DNA from: a virus
Length of the DNA stretch: 64,000 nucleotides
Virus record (IMG/VR): IMGVR_UViG_3300005253_000050
Coordinates: 1-64,000 of that record
Direction: 5' to 3' (one strand)
The notes beneath the pieces are model-generated. The model was not told the origin of the DNA and did no database searches. It saw only the letters and a program-made list of their open reading frames with translations. Within the stretch, counting starts at the first letter, position 1; every line of letters begins with the position of its first letter. The position numbers and the translations under genes were made by a program. Below are positions 1-9,792 of this stretch, one piece after another.

Positions 1-481
1 ACCTCGGTGCTGGCCCCCTAGTGCTTGACACTGTTCACAGCCCATGTATTCTTCTTACGGGCAATACAGCCCACAAACAGACAGACAGGAGAAAGACATG
101 TACGCGAAATTAATAGTTTGGGAAGAGGGCGATCCGGTTCTGGCGGACGGGGGCGACGCAGAAGTGGTCCCTCGACGACACGTCATCATCGAGGGCGACC
201 GCTTCGAATACCGCAAGTATTTGGGGCCGAACCTGAAGGCGATCCTAAAGACCAATGATATAAGCGGAGAAGTCTTGGGGCATGACTACACGGCCGCGTG
301 TCATCACCATTCGAGTGAGCCGCCTCGACCCTATGAGGTGATTCACTTGACTGCGTGGAAGCTGGGCGGAGGGGATCCCAAGTACTACATCGCCCCACTG
401 CATCAACTCTACGTCATGAACGACGCCGGGAAAACCATCGATTCGATGTGTTGTTTGATTAAAAACACCTCGGTGCTGGCC
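1..481 (+). repeat. 15-bp direct repeat ACCTCGGTGCTGGCC at 1-15 and 467-481
   Basis: Exact match read from the sequence; both copies are followed shortly by TAGT. Confidence 0.8.
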
Positions 482-484
482 TAG
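98..484 (+). CDS. hypothetical protein
   Basis: AGGAG RBS before ATG 98; TTGACA at 25-30 upstream; bracketed by a 15-bp direct repeat. Confidence 0.6.
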   Translation: MYAKLIVWEEGDPVLADGGDAEVVPRRHVIIEGDRFEYRKYLGPNLKAILKTNDISGEVLGHDYTAACHHHSSEPPRPYEVIHLTAWKLGGGDPKYYIAPLHQLYVMNDAGKTIDSMCCLIKNTSVLA

Positions 485-502
485 TTTGAACGGAGTGCGG
501 GA

Positions 503-886
503 ATGCCGAAACCGGAAGTAGCGCGAGCCAAGGGGGTGATGTGTCGCTGCGGTGGCTTTGGATCACCTGAAATAGTAGACCCGTGCATTCGCGAATTAGT
601 GGACTGCTTGAACCGTCACGGTGTCAGAACAACGTCGAGCTGCTGCGGGCACGGAGGTTCGGGCGATGTTGTTTTGTCTCTGGATTCGATCGAGCCAAAC
701 ATTGTTGCATCTGGAGAGCAAAAGGGATGGCAACTCCGTCTGGCGCCTAAGCCAGTGGTCCTTCCCTACGACGACGAGGCCATGGCGTGGATAGACGAGT
801 ACCCGACAGGTGGTAAGGGTGCGGATGAGATGTGCCCGATCGGAGCGATTGATCGGTGTCCTACCAGAAAAGCTACTTGTCTTTAG
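503..886 (+). CDS. phage hypothetical protein, TYW3-like motif
   Basis: VDPCIRELVDCLNRHGVRTTSSCCGHG resembles the D-x-I-x-x-L-V-x-x-L-N...T-x-S-S-C-x-G-H pattern. Confidence 0.5.
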   Translation: MPKPEVARAKGVMCRCGGFGSPEIVDPCIRELVDCLNRHGVRTTSSCCGHGGSGDVVLSLDSIEPNIVASGEQKGWQLRLAPKPVVLPYDDEAMAWIDEYPTGGKGADEMCPIGAIDRCPTRKATCL

Positions 887-1081
887 CCTTACACTCGTTG
901 CATTGCTCTCGTCCCTTTGGGGGGCTGCTGCCCTTCTCCCACCCCTCAGCAGGATATTTGTTTTTGTCGCAGTTGCTGTGCCAGTGGTACCGGTTGTTGT
1001 CGCTGGTTTTCCAGTAGTACATCGCGTCTCCTTGGTTCGGGGTTGAGGGAGCACGGTATGCGGACAGGATGTGCTTGTCAA

Positions 1082-1309
1082 TCAGGACGCTGGGCGCCCC
1101 CGCCGAGGCAGCGGGCCCTGGGGGGCCGCTGCTGGCGCGCCGGCCTTCACTTCGTCCAGGTGCCGGAGGTAGCGCAGCTCCTTCAGTATCTCTTCGGAGT
1201 GCTCTTTTATTTGGCAGACCCGTACGACCATACGGAGAAATCCAAGCAGCACGATCATGAAAATGATGAAGCCGACACCGAAAACCATCAATGCCAAGGT
1301 CGCGTCCAT
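1082..1309 (-). CDS. small membrane protein
   Basis: N-terminal hydrophobic helix; GGAG-type RBS upstream. Confidence 0.55.
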   Translation of the reverse strand: MDATLALMVFGVGFIIFMIVLLGFLRMVVRVCQIKEHSEEILKELRYLRHLDEVKAGAPAAAPQGPLPRRGRPAS

Positions 1310-1352
1310 GCCGTTCCTCCGTTAGTGCTGAGCAGCGTTATACGAGAAGAGG

Positions 1353-1622
1353 TCACTCACCAAGACACGCGTCGAACGAAGCTGCACGCTCGATTAGCTC
1401 ATCGATGGCATCCGCAATCTCCGTTGCATCAGATGCCTCTTCCAGCCACCCCACTCCACCAGAAAGAGAAATTCCAGCCTTGGTGCATGGGTTCGGCAAC
1501 TCACTGCACACTACGGCGTCTGGCTGAATGCACACTACAGCGGCGTCTGTTTTGTCACCGTAGGGCCCACCCATACACCCCCCCATCATCACCAAACACA
1601 TCGCAATAAAAAGTCCCCTCAT
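1353..1622 (-). CDS. putative lipoprotein
   Basis: MRGLFIAMCLVMMGGC signal peptide with lipobox-like Cys. Confidence 0.4.
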   Translation of the reverse strand: MRGLFIAMCLVMMGGCMGGPYGDKTDAAVVCIQPDAVVCSELPNPCTKAGISLSGGVGWLEEASDATEIADAIDELIERAASFDACLGE

Positions 1623-2051
1623 GACAACCCTCCAGCCCCAAAAGAAAAGGGGCGATCGGCACGGGTTGTCAGTAGCCTCACGCCCCTCCGCTAGGGCGTG
1701 ATGGGAACTACCCAACACGATAACGGTGAGCTCTAACAACCCTGATTTTTTTGCCACAGGTTGCTGCCTCGGGGTAGTTAGTCCGTCGTCAGCAGCAACA
1801 CCTATGGCCACGGCCAGAATATCTGACCGCCCCTCAGCACGCAACGATTTTTGGACCCCAATCCCCAGGAGCCCTGGATATAGTATGCCTGCGCACGATT
1901 GGGTATCCGTGAAACTACGCATTGGATTTTGTGACTTTGGGGGCGGGGTGTTTTTCACGGCGCCGGTATCCCGTGCTGTGCCCGTAGTGATATGCCACCA
2001 GCACCGCCAGGGGCAGTATCACGAGCATCGACCAAAATAGATGTGAGTAGG

Positions 2052-2225
2052 TCAACTGGCTTCTCCTGTTCCCGCCACCGCGTCCAGGACGTCGCGCACC
2101 CACGGTGTCAGCATTCTTCCTGACCGCCTAGCTGCGGCCTTATAGGCCTCGAACTGTTCGGGCGTAACCCGCACTCGCAGGCGCTTCGTGCGGGCTCCTG
2201 GTTTTCTGTATCCGACGTGCGTCAT
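2052..2225 (-). CDS. ribbon-helix-helix DNA-binding protein
   Basis: RTKRLRVRVTPEQFEAYKAAARRSGRMLTPWVRDVL fits the RHH pattern; divergent from the transposase. Confidence 0.65.
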   Translation of the reverse strand: MTHVGYRKPGARTKRLRVRVTPEQFEAYKAAARRSGRMLTPWVRDVLDAVAGTGEAS

Positions 2226-2292
2226 ACTGCTTTGTAACACCATAGCACGGATGTGTCAAGCAGCCTTTCACAGAAAAACAAGGTGTTGCCGG

Positions 2293-2321
2293 TTGACACT
2301 TGCGTGCTTTGGTGGTACAAA
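2293..2321 (+). promoter_or_regulatory. sigma70-like promoter of the transposase
   Basis: TTGACA-N17-TACAAA. Confidence 0.55.
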
Positions 2322-2354
2322 ACATATACAGGGGGAAAAAAGGAGGGCGGGAAG

Positions 2355-3170
2355 ATGGCTAACGTGGTGAAATTGAATACGAAAACAACAATCGTTCACA
2401 TGCTGGTCGAGGGGACATCGCTACGCAGCGCGTCGAGGCTGACGGGCGTTCACCGGGACACGATAGGGCGGTTGTTGCTCCGGGTGGGCGCGCACTGTCA
2501 GCGGTTGCTAGACACGTACTGTCAAGGCGTGCGGGCGAAGATAATCGAGTGCGATGAGTACTGGACGTTCATCAAAAAAAAGCAACAGCGGCTGACCGAG
2601 TCCGAGAGGCTCCTTGGCCTCTTCGGCGACTGGTGGGTCTACACGGCCCTGGACTGCAAATCGAGGCTGGTGATTTGCCACCTGGTGGGCCGTAGGGACG
2701 CGGCGACGGCGCGGGCCTTCATGGCCGATCTGAGAGCTCGCACGGTGGGCCGGCCGGAGCTGTACACCGATGGCCTCGAGGCCTACGTGGGGGCCGTTGA
2801 GGATGCTTTTGGGACCGACCTCAAGTGCCATGCGCAGCTGGTCAAAACCATGAGCGGGCATCGGCTCAAGAGCTTAGAGACGAGGGTCATCAGCGGCGCC
2901 CCGACGAGGGGCATCACGACGAGCTACGTGGAGAGGCACAACCTCACCGCCAGAACCAACTGCAAGCGGTTTGCGCGCAAAACTAACGCCCACTCAAAGA
3001 GACTCAAATTCTTGCAAGCGGCGACGGCCCTGCACTACGCTTGGTATAATTTCGTGCGCATCCACACTACGCTCGAAATCACCCCGGCGATGGCCGCAGG
3101 CATCACCACCGAGGTCTGGGACCTGGAGGAACTGCTGGCAGGCGAGGGGCCAGCGAGGAAAGCGGCATAG
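2355..3170 (+). CDS. IS1-family DDE transposase (single ORF)
   Basis: N-terminal HTH (SLRSASRLTGVHRDTI), CDEYWTF, YTDG, TSYVERHNLT, YNFVRIH..TPAMAAG. Confidence 0.88.
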   Translation: MANVVKLNTKTTIVHMLVEGTSLRSASRLTGVHRDTIGRLLLRVGAHCQRLLDTYCQGVRAKIIECDEYWTFIKKKQQRLTESERLLGLFGDWWVYTALDCKSRLVICHLVGRRDAATARAFMADLRARTVGRPELYTDGLEAYVGAVEDAFGTDLKCHAQLVKTMSGHRLKSLETRVISGAPTRGITTSYVERHNLTARTNCKRFARKTNAHSKRLKFLQAATALHYAWYNFVRIHTTLEITPAMAAGITTEVWDLEELLAGEGPARKAA

Positions 3171-3175
3171 GAAAC

Positions 3176-3202
3176 GCCCGGCCAGGCATCCCCTGGCCGG
3201 GC
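3176..3202. terminator. GC-rich hairpin after the transposase
   Basis: GCCCGGCCAGG-catcc-CCTGGCCGGGC, 11-bp stem, no clear U-tract. Confidence 0.45.
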
Positions 3203-4042
3203 TCATGGTTACTGAGTTGATACCTCGATAGCGACCATAAAGTCACCCATCCGAACGACTATCTGAATCAGCCGGTGGACGCGTCTTACTGCAATTTCAA
3301 ACTGCATTACGTCATCCTCTTGGACGCACGGGTAACGTCGTTTTTTTCAACGTGTCCCCTTGCGTCTAGCTGTAGAATGCGCATGTTAAAGGCTGCCAGC
3401 CTTCTGCATGGCGCGGGTATAGAGCCGACGCACGCGGTCTTCACAACAACACGTAGCGTCGGCTCTGTCTTTTTTGGGATTTTGATCGGCTGCTACCTCC
3501 TTGTTCGTCGGCCCACGTCTTGACGTCGGTTTGCGGGTGGTTACGTTAGCTGTACGTAGATCAGCATGGCGTAACCGACGCCAACCCGCCGCCGGGGCTC
3601 GAAAGGGCTCCGGCGGTGTTCTTCCCCCCTGCAAATCTGGTTTTTGAATGTGGTTGGACGCCTCGCTCGGGGCGCCTGGCCTAGTGTCCGACTCGCTGAT
3701 CGGGCTGGCCTTTAAGGCTCCGCTGGACGGGCCAGCGGGCAGAGGGCTTTCGCCCTGTCCTAATAAATAAGTCCGCCCGTGCCACCTGGCAACCAGCTCT
3801 TCGAAGAAAACACTATTAATTTGGATCATTTACAGCAGTGACCCGCCCGGCGCCCTCTCTCCTTGCACCTCCTCGCCCACCTCGGCTAAGCTATCCAAGC
3901 CGACCAGTGAGCCGTAGACGACGGGCCTGGCCATGCCCCGCGCGTTGCAAGCTGCCAGCCACCACTCAAAGCAAACTAGGCCAGCACCGCATGTTGTGGT
4001 ACGCTGGGGCCCTCGTTTGTTTCACCATCACAAGGAGACACG

Positions 4043-4597
4043 ATGCTTAAACTTCGATTGGCGGCCATCATGGCTGTCGCGCTCTGCATGTCCTGCGGAG
4101 CAACCCCATGGAAGCGGCTCGCCACCGGGTACAACATCGTGAGCCTGACCAAGACACTCGGCGAAAAGTTCGATGGGGCGGTCAAGAACTTCCTCACCGT
4201 CAAGCGCGCCGAGTGCAAGGCAAAGCACGCGATCAAGACCCCGGAGTTCGACAAGTGCGTGCTCCCGGCCGTGAGACTCTCCCGGGCGTGGACCGGAGAG
4301 AGGGCTGGCAAAAAGACAGGCAAGGGCGCGCTGTCCGTTCTCCAGGCCGCACAGAAGACCACCAAGCTCGCGCTCAACGGCGCCTACGACTACGTCAAGA
4401 GCAACGAGCAAGCGTGCAGTGGCGACAGCCCACCGAAGGACTGCCACGGCGATTGGAGTGTGACTCTCAAGCCCGGCGCGTGTGCGCTGTGGACCGTGGT
4501 CGACCTGGGCGTGAAGCTCGGCGCATTCGACGCAACCAACGACCCAACTTACAAACTGGTGGCCGCGTCTGTGGACGTGTTCGCCTGCGGGGGATAG
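4043..4597 (+). CDS. putative lipoprotein
   Basis: AGGAG RBS; MLKLRLAAIMAVALCMSC signal/lipobox; several Cys. Confidence 0.7.
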   Translation: MLKLRLAAIMAVALCMSCGATPWKRLATGYNIVSLTKTLGEKFDGAVKNFLTVKRAECKAKHAIKTPEFDKCVLPAVRLSRAWTGERAGKKTGKGALSVLQAAQKTTKLALNGAYDYVKSNEQACSGDSPPKDCHGDWSVTLKPGACALWTVVDLGVKLGAFDATNDPTYKLVAASVDVFACGG

Positions 4598-4599
4598 CC

Positions 4600-4827
4600 A
4601 TGCCAATCGCAGCAGCAGCAGTCGCAGGACTCGTGATCGAGATTCTCATGAAGGCCTTTCCGCCCGTCTACAAATTCATCAAGGCGGAACTCGACGGCGG
4701 CGCGGACGCCCAGAAGCTCCGGGACACGCCGGTCAACTTCAGCATCTCCTTCGGGGGAGGCGAGGGGGACGCGGTGAAGATCCAGCGCGCCGTCGAAGAC
4801 GAGATGCTCGACCCCGACCAGGACTAA
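4600..4827 (+). CDS. small hypothetical protein with hydrophobic N-terminus
   Basis: ATG 2 nt after the upstream stop; phage-like codon use. Confidence 0.6.
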   Translation: MPIAAAAVAGLVIEILMKAFPPVYKFIKAELDGGADAQKLRDTPVNFSISFGGGEGDAVKIQRAVEDEMLDPDQD

Positions 4828-4868
4828 AACACCACCAGCAAAAATCGGCCAGGGGTGGTTTCTTTCGT

Positions 4869-4897
4869 TTGACTCTTGCCGGGAACGTGGTTAGAAT
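4869..4897 (+). promoter_or_regulatory. sigma70-like promoter of the recombination/replication operon
   Basis: TTGACT-N17-TAGAAT, then AGGAGG RBS. Confidence 0.65.
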
Positions 4898-4922
4898 CCA
4901 GGTTCCCAACAGGAGGCAACCA

Positions 4923-5219
4923 ATGGAATCCCAGACATCTGCGTTCGACGACTTCGTTTCTCTGGCCCAAAAGGCGGCCGAGAAACAGCCCACGGTCCTT
5001 CGCGAAAACTACAAGACGGCGGTCGACCGCCTGCTCACCGAAAAACCCAACATCACCGAAGCCGATCTCCTTCGTGGTGTGCTGCGCGCCCTCGGCGTAG
5101 AGAGCGAAGGTGCTGACGCAATGCCAGACGACGAGTTAATCCGAGTCGTTTTGGCTGGGCGCACGGTGCTTCGGCTCCACCGCAAGCACAAGAAAGACCA
5201 GGAGGACGCCAATGTTTAA
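4923..5219 (+). CDS. hypothetical protein
   Basis: AGGAGG RBS; overlaps the next gene. Confidence 0.7.
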   Translation: MESQTSAFDDFVSLAQKAAEKQPTVLRENYKTAVDRLLTEKPNITEADLLRGVLRALGVESEGADAMPDDELIRVVLAGRTVLRLHRKHKKDQEDANV

Positions 5220-6330
5220 AGACCTTCAAAAAGCAATGGCGGACGCCAAGCTCCTCGGCGCGCTGGTGACCTGGGACCTCCACACGAGCGGCACCCTGCT
5301 CACCCGCTCCGCGCTCCGCGACGCGGCGGAGGAGCACGGCGTCCCGCTCGAGATCGAGGACCCGCGCCCGGAGGGCGTCTTCAAAAAGATCATGTCGGGG
5401 GTGCGCACGATCCAGAAGCCGCTGATCAGCCGCATCGTTCGGGAGGATGACGGCGTTATCGTCTGGGCGATTGTGGACACGTCGCTCGAGGGAGACGAGA
5501 AGATCGGCGACGAAGTGGGGAAGATGGTCAACCGCGCCGCCTTCCGCAAGGTCTCCGTGGCCGGGCAGCCGCTCTTTACCTTCCAGTTGGAAGACGATGT
5601 CGCGCTGGCCTGCACCGACAAGTTCGAATACCAGATGAACTACCTCGGGAACGACGACGTGCGAACAGCCCTCGGCGCAACGCTCCGCCTCTGGGGCGCC
5701 ATCCGAATCCACGCGCGGATGCATTTCATCGGTCGGAGCCAGGTGGAAAACGCCCAGCGAATGCAGCTCGCGCTGCAGCAGGTCGGCACCAGATTCTGGT
5801 TGATCCCGATCCCCGACCTGATGGACTCCACGGCGAGCATCGCCCACCATGCCCATGAGAGGTTCGCCCAGGAGCTGAAGGACCTGCGTAAGGAAGTGGA
5901 CCTGTGGGTGGGCGGAGAGCGCGCCCCGAGGACAACGACCCTGAAGGCCCGCCTCAAGTCCTACGAGCAGCTCCGGGGCGAGATCGACATCATCACGCAG
6001 GAGATGCATCTCGAGGCGGATGACCTGCTGGACGAGCTCGCCGGCCTGACCGCCGGTGTGGCGAAGCTGCTCGACCCTCCCAAGCCGAAGACCGACGCCG
6101 TCGAGGAGGAGGCACCCAAGCAGGAGGACGAAGAGGCCGCGACCGAGCCCGCCCCGGCGGCAGACCCGACGCCCCCGAGCCGCCCGGCAGGCCCGCCCAG
6201 CAAGGCCCTGGGCGCCCTCACCGTTCCTGAGCTGCGGGTGATGGCGCGCAACCTGAAGATCGTCCCGTTGCCCGGGACCAAGAAAAGGCTGGTGGCCGCC
6301 ATCCGGGCCAAGCGTGAGGATCCGGCATGA
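5212..6330 (+). CDS. conserved phage protein (possibly DUF6744-like) with C-terminal SAP/Rho-N-like motif
   Basis: Long ORF with strong RBS; LGALVTW N-terminus; LTVPELRVMARNLKI...GTKKRLVAAI tail. Confidence 0.55.
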   Translation: MFKDLQKAMADAKLLGALVTWDLHTSGTLLTRSALRDAAEEHGVPLEIEDPRPEGVFKKIMSGVRTIQKPLISRIVREDDGVIVWAIVDTSLEGDEKIGDEVGKMVNRAAFRKVSVAGQPLFTFQLEDDVALACTDKFEYQMNYLGNDDVRTALGATLRLWGAIRIHARMHFIGRSQVENAQRMQLALQQVGTRFWLIPIPDLMDSTASIAHHAHERFAQELKDLRKEVDLWVGGERAPRTTTLKARLKSYEQLRGEIDIITQEMHLEADDLLDELAGLTAGVAKLLDPPKPKTDAVEEEAPKQEDEEAATEPAPAADPTPPSRPAGPPSKALGALTVPELRVMARNLKIVPLPGTKKRLVAAIRAKREDPA

Positions 6331-6554
6331 CGACGCAGCGCACCCCAGACTCAGCCACAGGCAAGGTCATCCGCCGCAACATCGACACCATTCTGGCTGC
6401 CAAGGAAATGATGCCCAAGGAGCTTTACAGTGCGCTCGGCATGGCGGCCAGTTCCTACTCACTCATGTTCAAGAACGCGGGCGGCCCGAAAACTCGCGCG
6501 CTCATGCGAATCGCCAAGGCCCTGGGAGTGAGCATCGCGGAGCTCACGAAGTGA
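6327..6554 (+). CDS. Cro/CI-type HTH regulator
   Basis: PKELYSALGM...PKTRALMRIAKALGVSIAEL. Confidence 0.8.
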   Translation: MTTQRTPDSATGKVIRRNIDTILAAKEMMPKELYSALGMAASSYSLMFKNAGGPKTRALMRIAKALGVSIAELTK

Positions 6555-7354
6555 CCCCGAAGCCAGGCCTGCATTTCAACGTCCCATTTTTTGAGTACCT
6601 GACATGGGACGCCCTTTCCAACTCTGGGCTCAAGCACTTCGCCGAGTCCCCCGCGCAGTATCGGCACTGGCTTCTGATTCGAGACGACTTCGTTCCCACC
6701 GACCCCATGATCGTGGGCTCGGCCGTGGACATCCTGATCTTCGATGGGCTCGAGGCCTTCCACTCCAAGTTTTTCAAGCTGCCAGCGCATGTCCAGCGCC
6801 GGGCCGGGACGATGAAGTTCAACATCGAGCTGCTGCGGAACGGCGACAAGATCCCGCTCCCAGCGGAGATGTGGGCCAGGGTCTTTGCCATCGCCGACGC
6901 GGTCCAGTCCGACCCCGAAGTGGCGCCTATACTCGAGCGGGGAAGGTTCCAGGTGTCGTGGGTCTGGCGTGAGCCGAGGACAAAGGTGCTGCTGAAGGGC
7001 CGCCTGGATGTCTGGGATCCGCCCTGGATCGGAGACCTAAAGGTCACCGCCGACATCACACCCCGAGGATGGAAGAGGCAGATCCGCCGGCTCCGCCACG
7101 ACTGGCAGGGCGCCCTCTATTGTGAGGCCATGACCGCGCTCTCCGGCGAACTCCACAACCAGTGGAGTTGGCTCACCGTCCGGGACAAGCCCGTCCACGG
7201 CCTTGAGATATACGACCTGGAGCAGAAGGACCTGATCGACTCGTGGGTCGAGATATACGAGCACCTGCAGACCTACGAAGTCTGCAACGACAACAACCAC
7301 TGGCCCGCCTCCAGCGGGCTCCGACAATCAATTTCAGTGAGGAGCAATTTCTGA
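6551..7354 (+). CDS. PD-(D/E)XK exonuclease, RecE/ExoVIII-like (DUF3799)
   Basis: LSNSGLK, GSAVD, KGRLD..GDLK, QGALY motifs; adjacent to recT. Confidence 0.85.
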   Translation: MTPKPGLHFNVPFFEYLTWDALSNSGLKHFAESPAQYRHWLLIRDDFVPTDPMIVGSAVDILIFDGLEAFHSKFFKLPAHVQRRAGTMKFNIELLRNGDKIPLPAEMWARVFAIADAVQSDPEVAPILERGRFQVSWVWREPRTKVLLKGRLDVWDPPWIGDLKVTADITPRGWKRQIRRLRHDWQGALYCEAMTALSGELHNQWSWLTVRDKPVHGLEIYDLEQKDLIDSWVEIYEHLQTYEVCNDNNHWPASSGLRQSISVRSNF

Positions 7355-8871
7355 TGTCCACCACCTCGATCGAAGTCATCGAAAAATCACACCGGCCGCC
7401 GTCCAACTTCGGCAGCTTTCTGGAGGTCGTGCAGCCACGTCTCCAGACGGTGCTTCCGGCTCACATCAACGCCGAGACGCTTATCCGCGTCGTCCAGGCA
7501 TCCGGCAACCAGAACGAGCAGCTGCTGAAGTGCACGGAGTCGAGCCTGCTCACGAGCCTGATGCTCTGCTCCCAGCTCGGGCTCCCGCCCAACACGCCGC
7601 AAGGATTCTCCTGGCTCATCCCGTTCTGGAATGGCCGCCAGAAATTGCTCGAGTGCAAGGTCATGTTTGGGAAGAACGGCCTCGCCCAGCTCGTCCGCAA
7701 CAGCGGCGAGGTTCACCGCATGAATTCAGGTGTCGTCTATAAGCACGAGGCGATCTCCGGAGCCTTCACGCACACCAACGAACCGCCGACGATCAACCAC
7801 CGCAGCGACATACTCGCGGACCCAGCACTCTACGCGGACAAGAACCTGGTCGCTGCCTACGCCTTGATCGTGACCAAGGACGGCGCGCAGATTTTGCGAG
7901 TGCTCCGTCGGGACGAAGTCCTGAAGCGCCGCGATTCATCACAGGCTGTGAAGGCGGCCAAGAAAAAAGGATACAGCACGCCCTGGGACGATTGGGAAGC
8001 GCCGATGTGGGTCAAGACCGCGATCCGGGCCCTCTGCGGAATGCCCGAGGTGCCGACGTCCACCGATCTGGTGACCGCCCTGGAGAAGGACATCGACTCT
8101 CCCGACTTTGCCGAGCTCCAGCAGGTCACCACGCCGGGCGACGGGTTCAGGCAACAGGCGGCCCTTGGCGCCACGACTGTGATCGATACCCCCGCCTTGC
8201 CCGCAGGAGACACCACCCCGGCGCCTGCTGCGGCGACGGAGCCCGAGCCCGAGAAGCCCCAGGGCGATGGGGCCACCAAACCGAAGAAGGCCACCAAGGT
8301 GCAGACAGGCCGCCTGTGGGGAAGGTGGGCAAAGATCACCGACTGCGATCCGAAGGCCCCCGCCGACGTGGACAAGGAGTCTTTCCGGGGGTTCGTGGCG
8401 CACCGCATCGGGGAGGACAAGGCCAAGGACTCCTCGAGCTGGACGGTCGACGACTGCAAGGTTATCGGCAAGGGCCTGGACGACTTGCGGGACGGGAAGC
8501 CCGCCGGCCCCCCGGCGGACAAGAAAGAGCCCCCGGCCCCAGCTGAGTCGGCGCCCGAGCCCGCCGCCGAGCCAGCGCCGACGACCGAGGAGGATCCCCC
8601 GAAGCCCGAGATCAGCAAGTCGGACGCTCTGAAGCAGCTGAAAGACCTGAAGAAAGTGCTCAGCATGGAATGGGATGAGGTGCGCGATCTCGCCGGAGGG
8701 GTCGGGGTGACGTTCAAGAACTCCTCGAAGTGGACCGTCCCGGAGTGCCTCGAGGTGATCGAGGCCATGAAGGCGACCATTGCCGACGACCCCACCGAGG
8801 ATCCTCCGCCGGCCGCCAATGGTGAGCAGCCGGAAACCTCCAGTGATCCCGAGGGTAACGAAGTCGACTGA
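7354..8871 (+). CDS. recT: RecT ssDNA-annealing recombinase with long C-terminal extension
   Basis: CSQLGLPP, WLIPF, GLAQLVRNSG, PWDDWEAPMWVKTAIR. Confidence 0.9.
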   Translation: MSTTSIEVIEKSHRPPSNFGSFLEVVQPRLQTVLPAHINAETLIRVVQASGNQNEQLLKCTESSLLTSLMLCSQLGLPPNTPQGFSWLIPFWNGRQKLLECKVMFGKNGLAQLVRNSGEVHRMNSGVVYKHEAISGAFTHTNEPPTINHRSDILADPALYADKNLVAAYALIVTKDGAQILRVLRRDEVLKRRDSSQAVKAAKKKGYSTPWDDWEAPMWVKTAIRALCGMPEVPTSTDLVTALEKDIDSPDFAELQQVTTPGDGFRQQAALGATTVIDTPALPAGDTTPAPAAATEPEPEKPQGDGATKPKKATKVQTGRLWGRWAKITDCDPKAPADVDKESFRGFVAHRIGEDKAKDSSSWTVDDCKVIGKGLDDLRDGKPAGPPADKKEPPAPAESAPEPAAEPAPTTEEDPPKPEISKSDALKQLKDLKKVLSMEWDEVRDLAGGVGVTFKNSSKWTVPECLEVIEAMKATIADDPTEDPPPAANGEQPETSSDPEGNEVD

Positions 8872-9027
8872 GAAAAAGTTGGACATGTACGGGACGAAAG
8901 TGTAGCTTGGGAATTGCGATGCCACCCAGAACCACAAAAATCTAAGGCTTGACCCTCCCGGCCACCTCGCGGCGCCCTGGCATCGCAACCTTGGGCACGC
9001 GAGGACCGGGGGGGCCGAGATATTGTA

Positions 9028-9792
9028 TTGCCAAAGGACGAACGCAACCGCGTCAAGCTGAGCTTCAGTGACGACGAGCTCAAGGCCATTGACAGGCTTT
9101 GTAGGTCGTACTCAAGGTGGGGAAAGAGAGCCTCTTCGCTGCACCACATCCTCATGGAACTGGCTGAAACCACAGATACAAATCGAGAAGCGGGCACCCG
9201 TGGGCACCTCATGGCCCCAACTGGGGCACCGTGGGCACCGGCGGGTCCCAGCGGGGCACCCGAGGTTCCATGCCCTAGCCCCGCGCGCGTGCGTAAATCT
9301 TCTCCTACTCCGGATCCAGAGAAGAAGAAGACAGAAAAGAAAAGAGGGGGGAGTGAGAGGGGGGGGGGGCAGGCCACCCTGCTCGGTACCGAGCCCGAGC
9401 CCACATCCGAACCGTTCGTGCAGGAGGTTGTGGGCCATCTCAACGAGGCCTGCGGCACCGTCTTCCCGCTGACAGACCCGAAGATCCGGGAGTTGGTGGC
9501 CAAGCTGCTGGCCGCGAAGTACACGATTGAGGACATGAAGACCGTCAATACCTGGGCCAACGAGAACTGGTCCCGGGTTAATCCAGGAGAAAAGGACTGG
9601 CGGGCCACATTTCTAGTTCCGTCGAGGCTCTACGGCGAGAAGTTCGCCGAGCATCTCGGCGTAGCCAAGGGCGCGATCAAGCGCCCCGTGGCCAACTCGG
9701 CCGGCATCCCGCTGGATCAGATGATTGGTACCCCGGAATACAATGCCCGGATGGGCTACACCGACAAGCCAAAGGGCCCGGAGTCGAAATGA
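9028..9792 (+). CDS. phage replication initiator-like protein
   Basis: Low-complexity central linker; C-terminal VVGHLNEACG..F...FLVPSRLYGEKF resembles the conserved phage C-terminal domain; precedes DnaB. Confidence 0.7.
   Translation: MPKDERNRVKLSFSDDELKAIDRLCRSYSRWGKRASSLHHILMELAETTDTNREAGTRGHLMAPTGAPWAPAGPSGAPEVPCPSPARVRKSSPTPDPEKKKTEKKRGGSERGGGQATLLGTEPEPTSEPFVQEVVGHLNEACGTVFPLTDPKIRELVAKLLAAKYTIEDMKTVNTWANENWSRVNPGEKDWRATFLVPSRLYGEKFAEHLGVAKGAIKRPVANSAGIPLDQMIGTPEYNARMGYTDKPKGPESK

Larger units (their letters stand above)
472..3311 (+). mobile_element. candidate IS1-like element carrying passenger genes
   Basis: Imperfect inverted ends: GGTGCTGGCCTAGTTTGAA (472-490) and TTCAAACTGCATTACG (3296-3311) share AGTTTGAA; lower GC than the flanks; no target-site duplication seen. 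Confidence 0.4.

Noticed and set aside
2574-2581. A8 run as an IS1 programmed frameshift
   Set aside because: The transposase is already one continuous ORF across the run
3312-4030. Coding gene or ncRNA in the gap after the IS
   Set aside because: ORFs there lack motifs and convincing RBSs, and no clear structure was found; left unannotated
7857-9608. Long minus-strand ORFs (7857-9608, 7939-8988, 36671-37897, 52129-53439 and similar)
   Set aside because: Antisense shadows of well-supported plus-strand genes, expected at high GC
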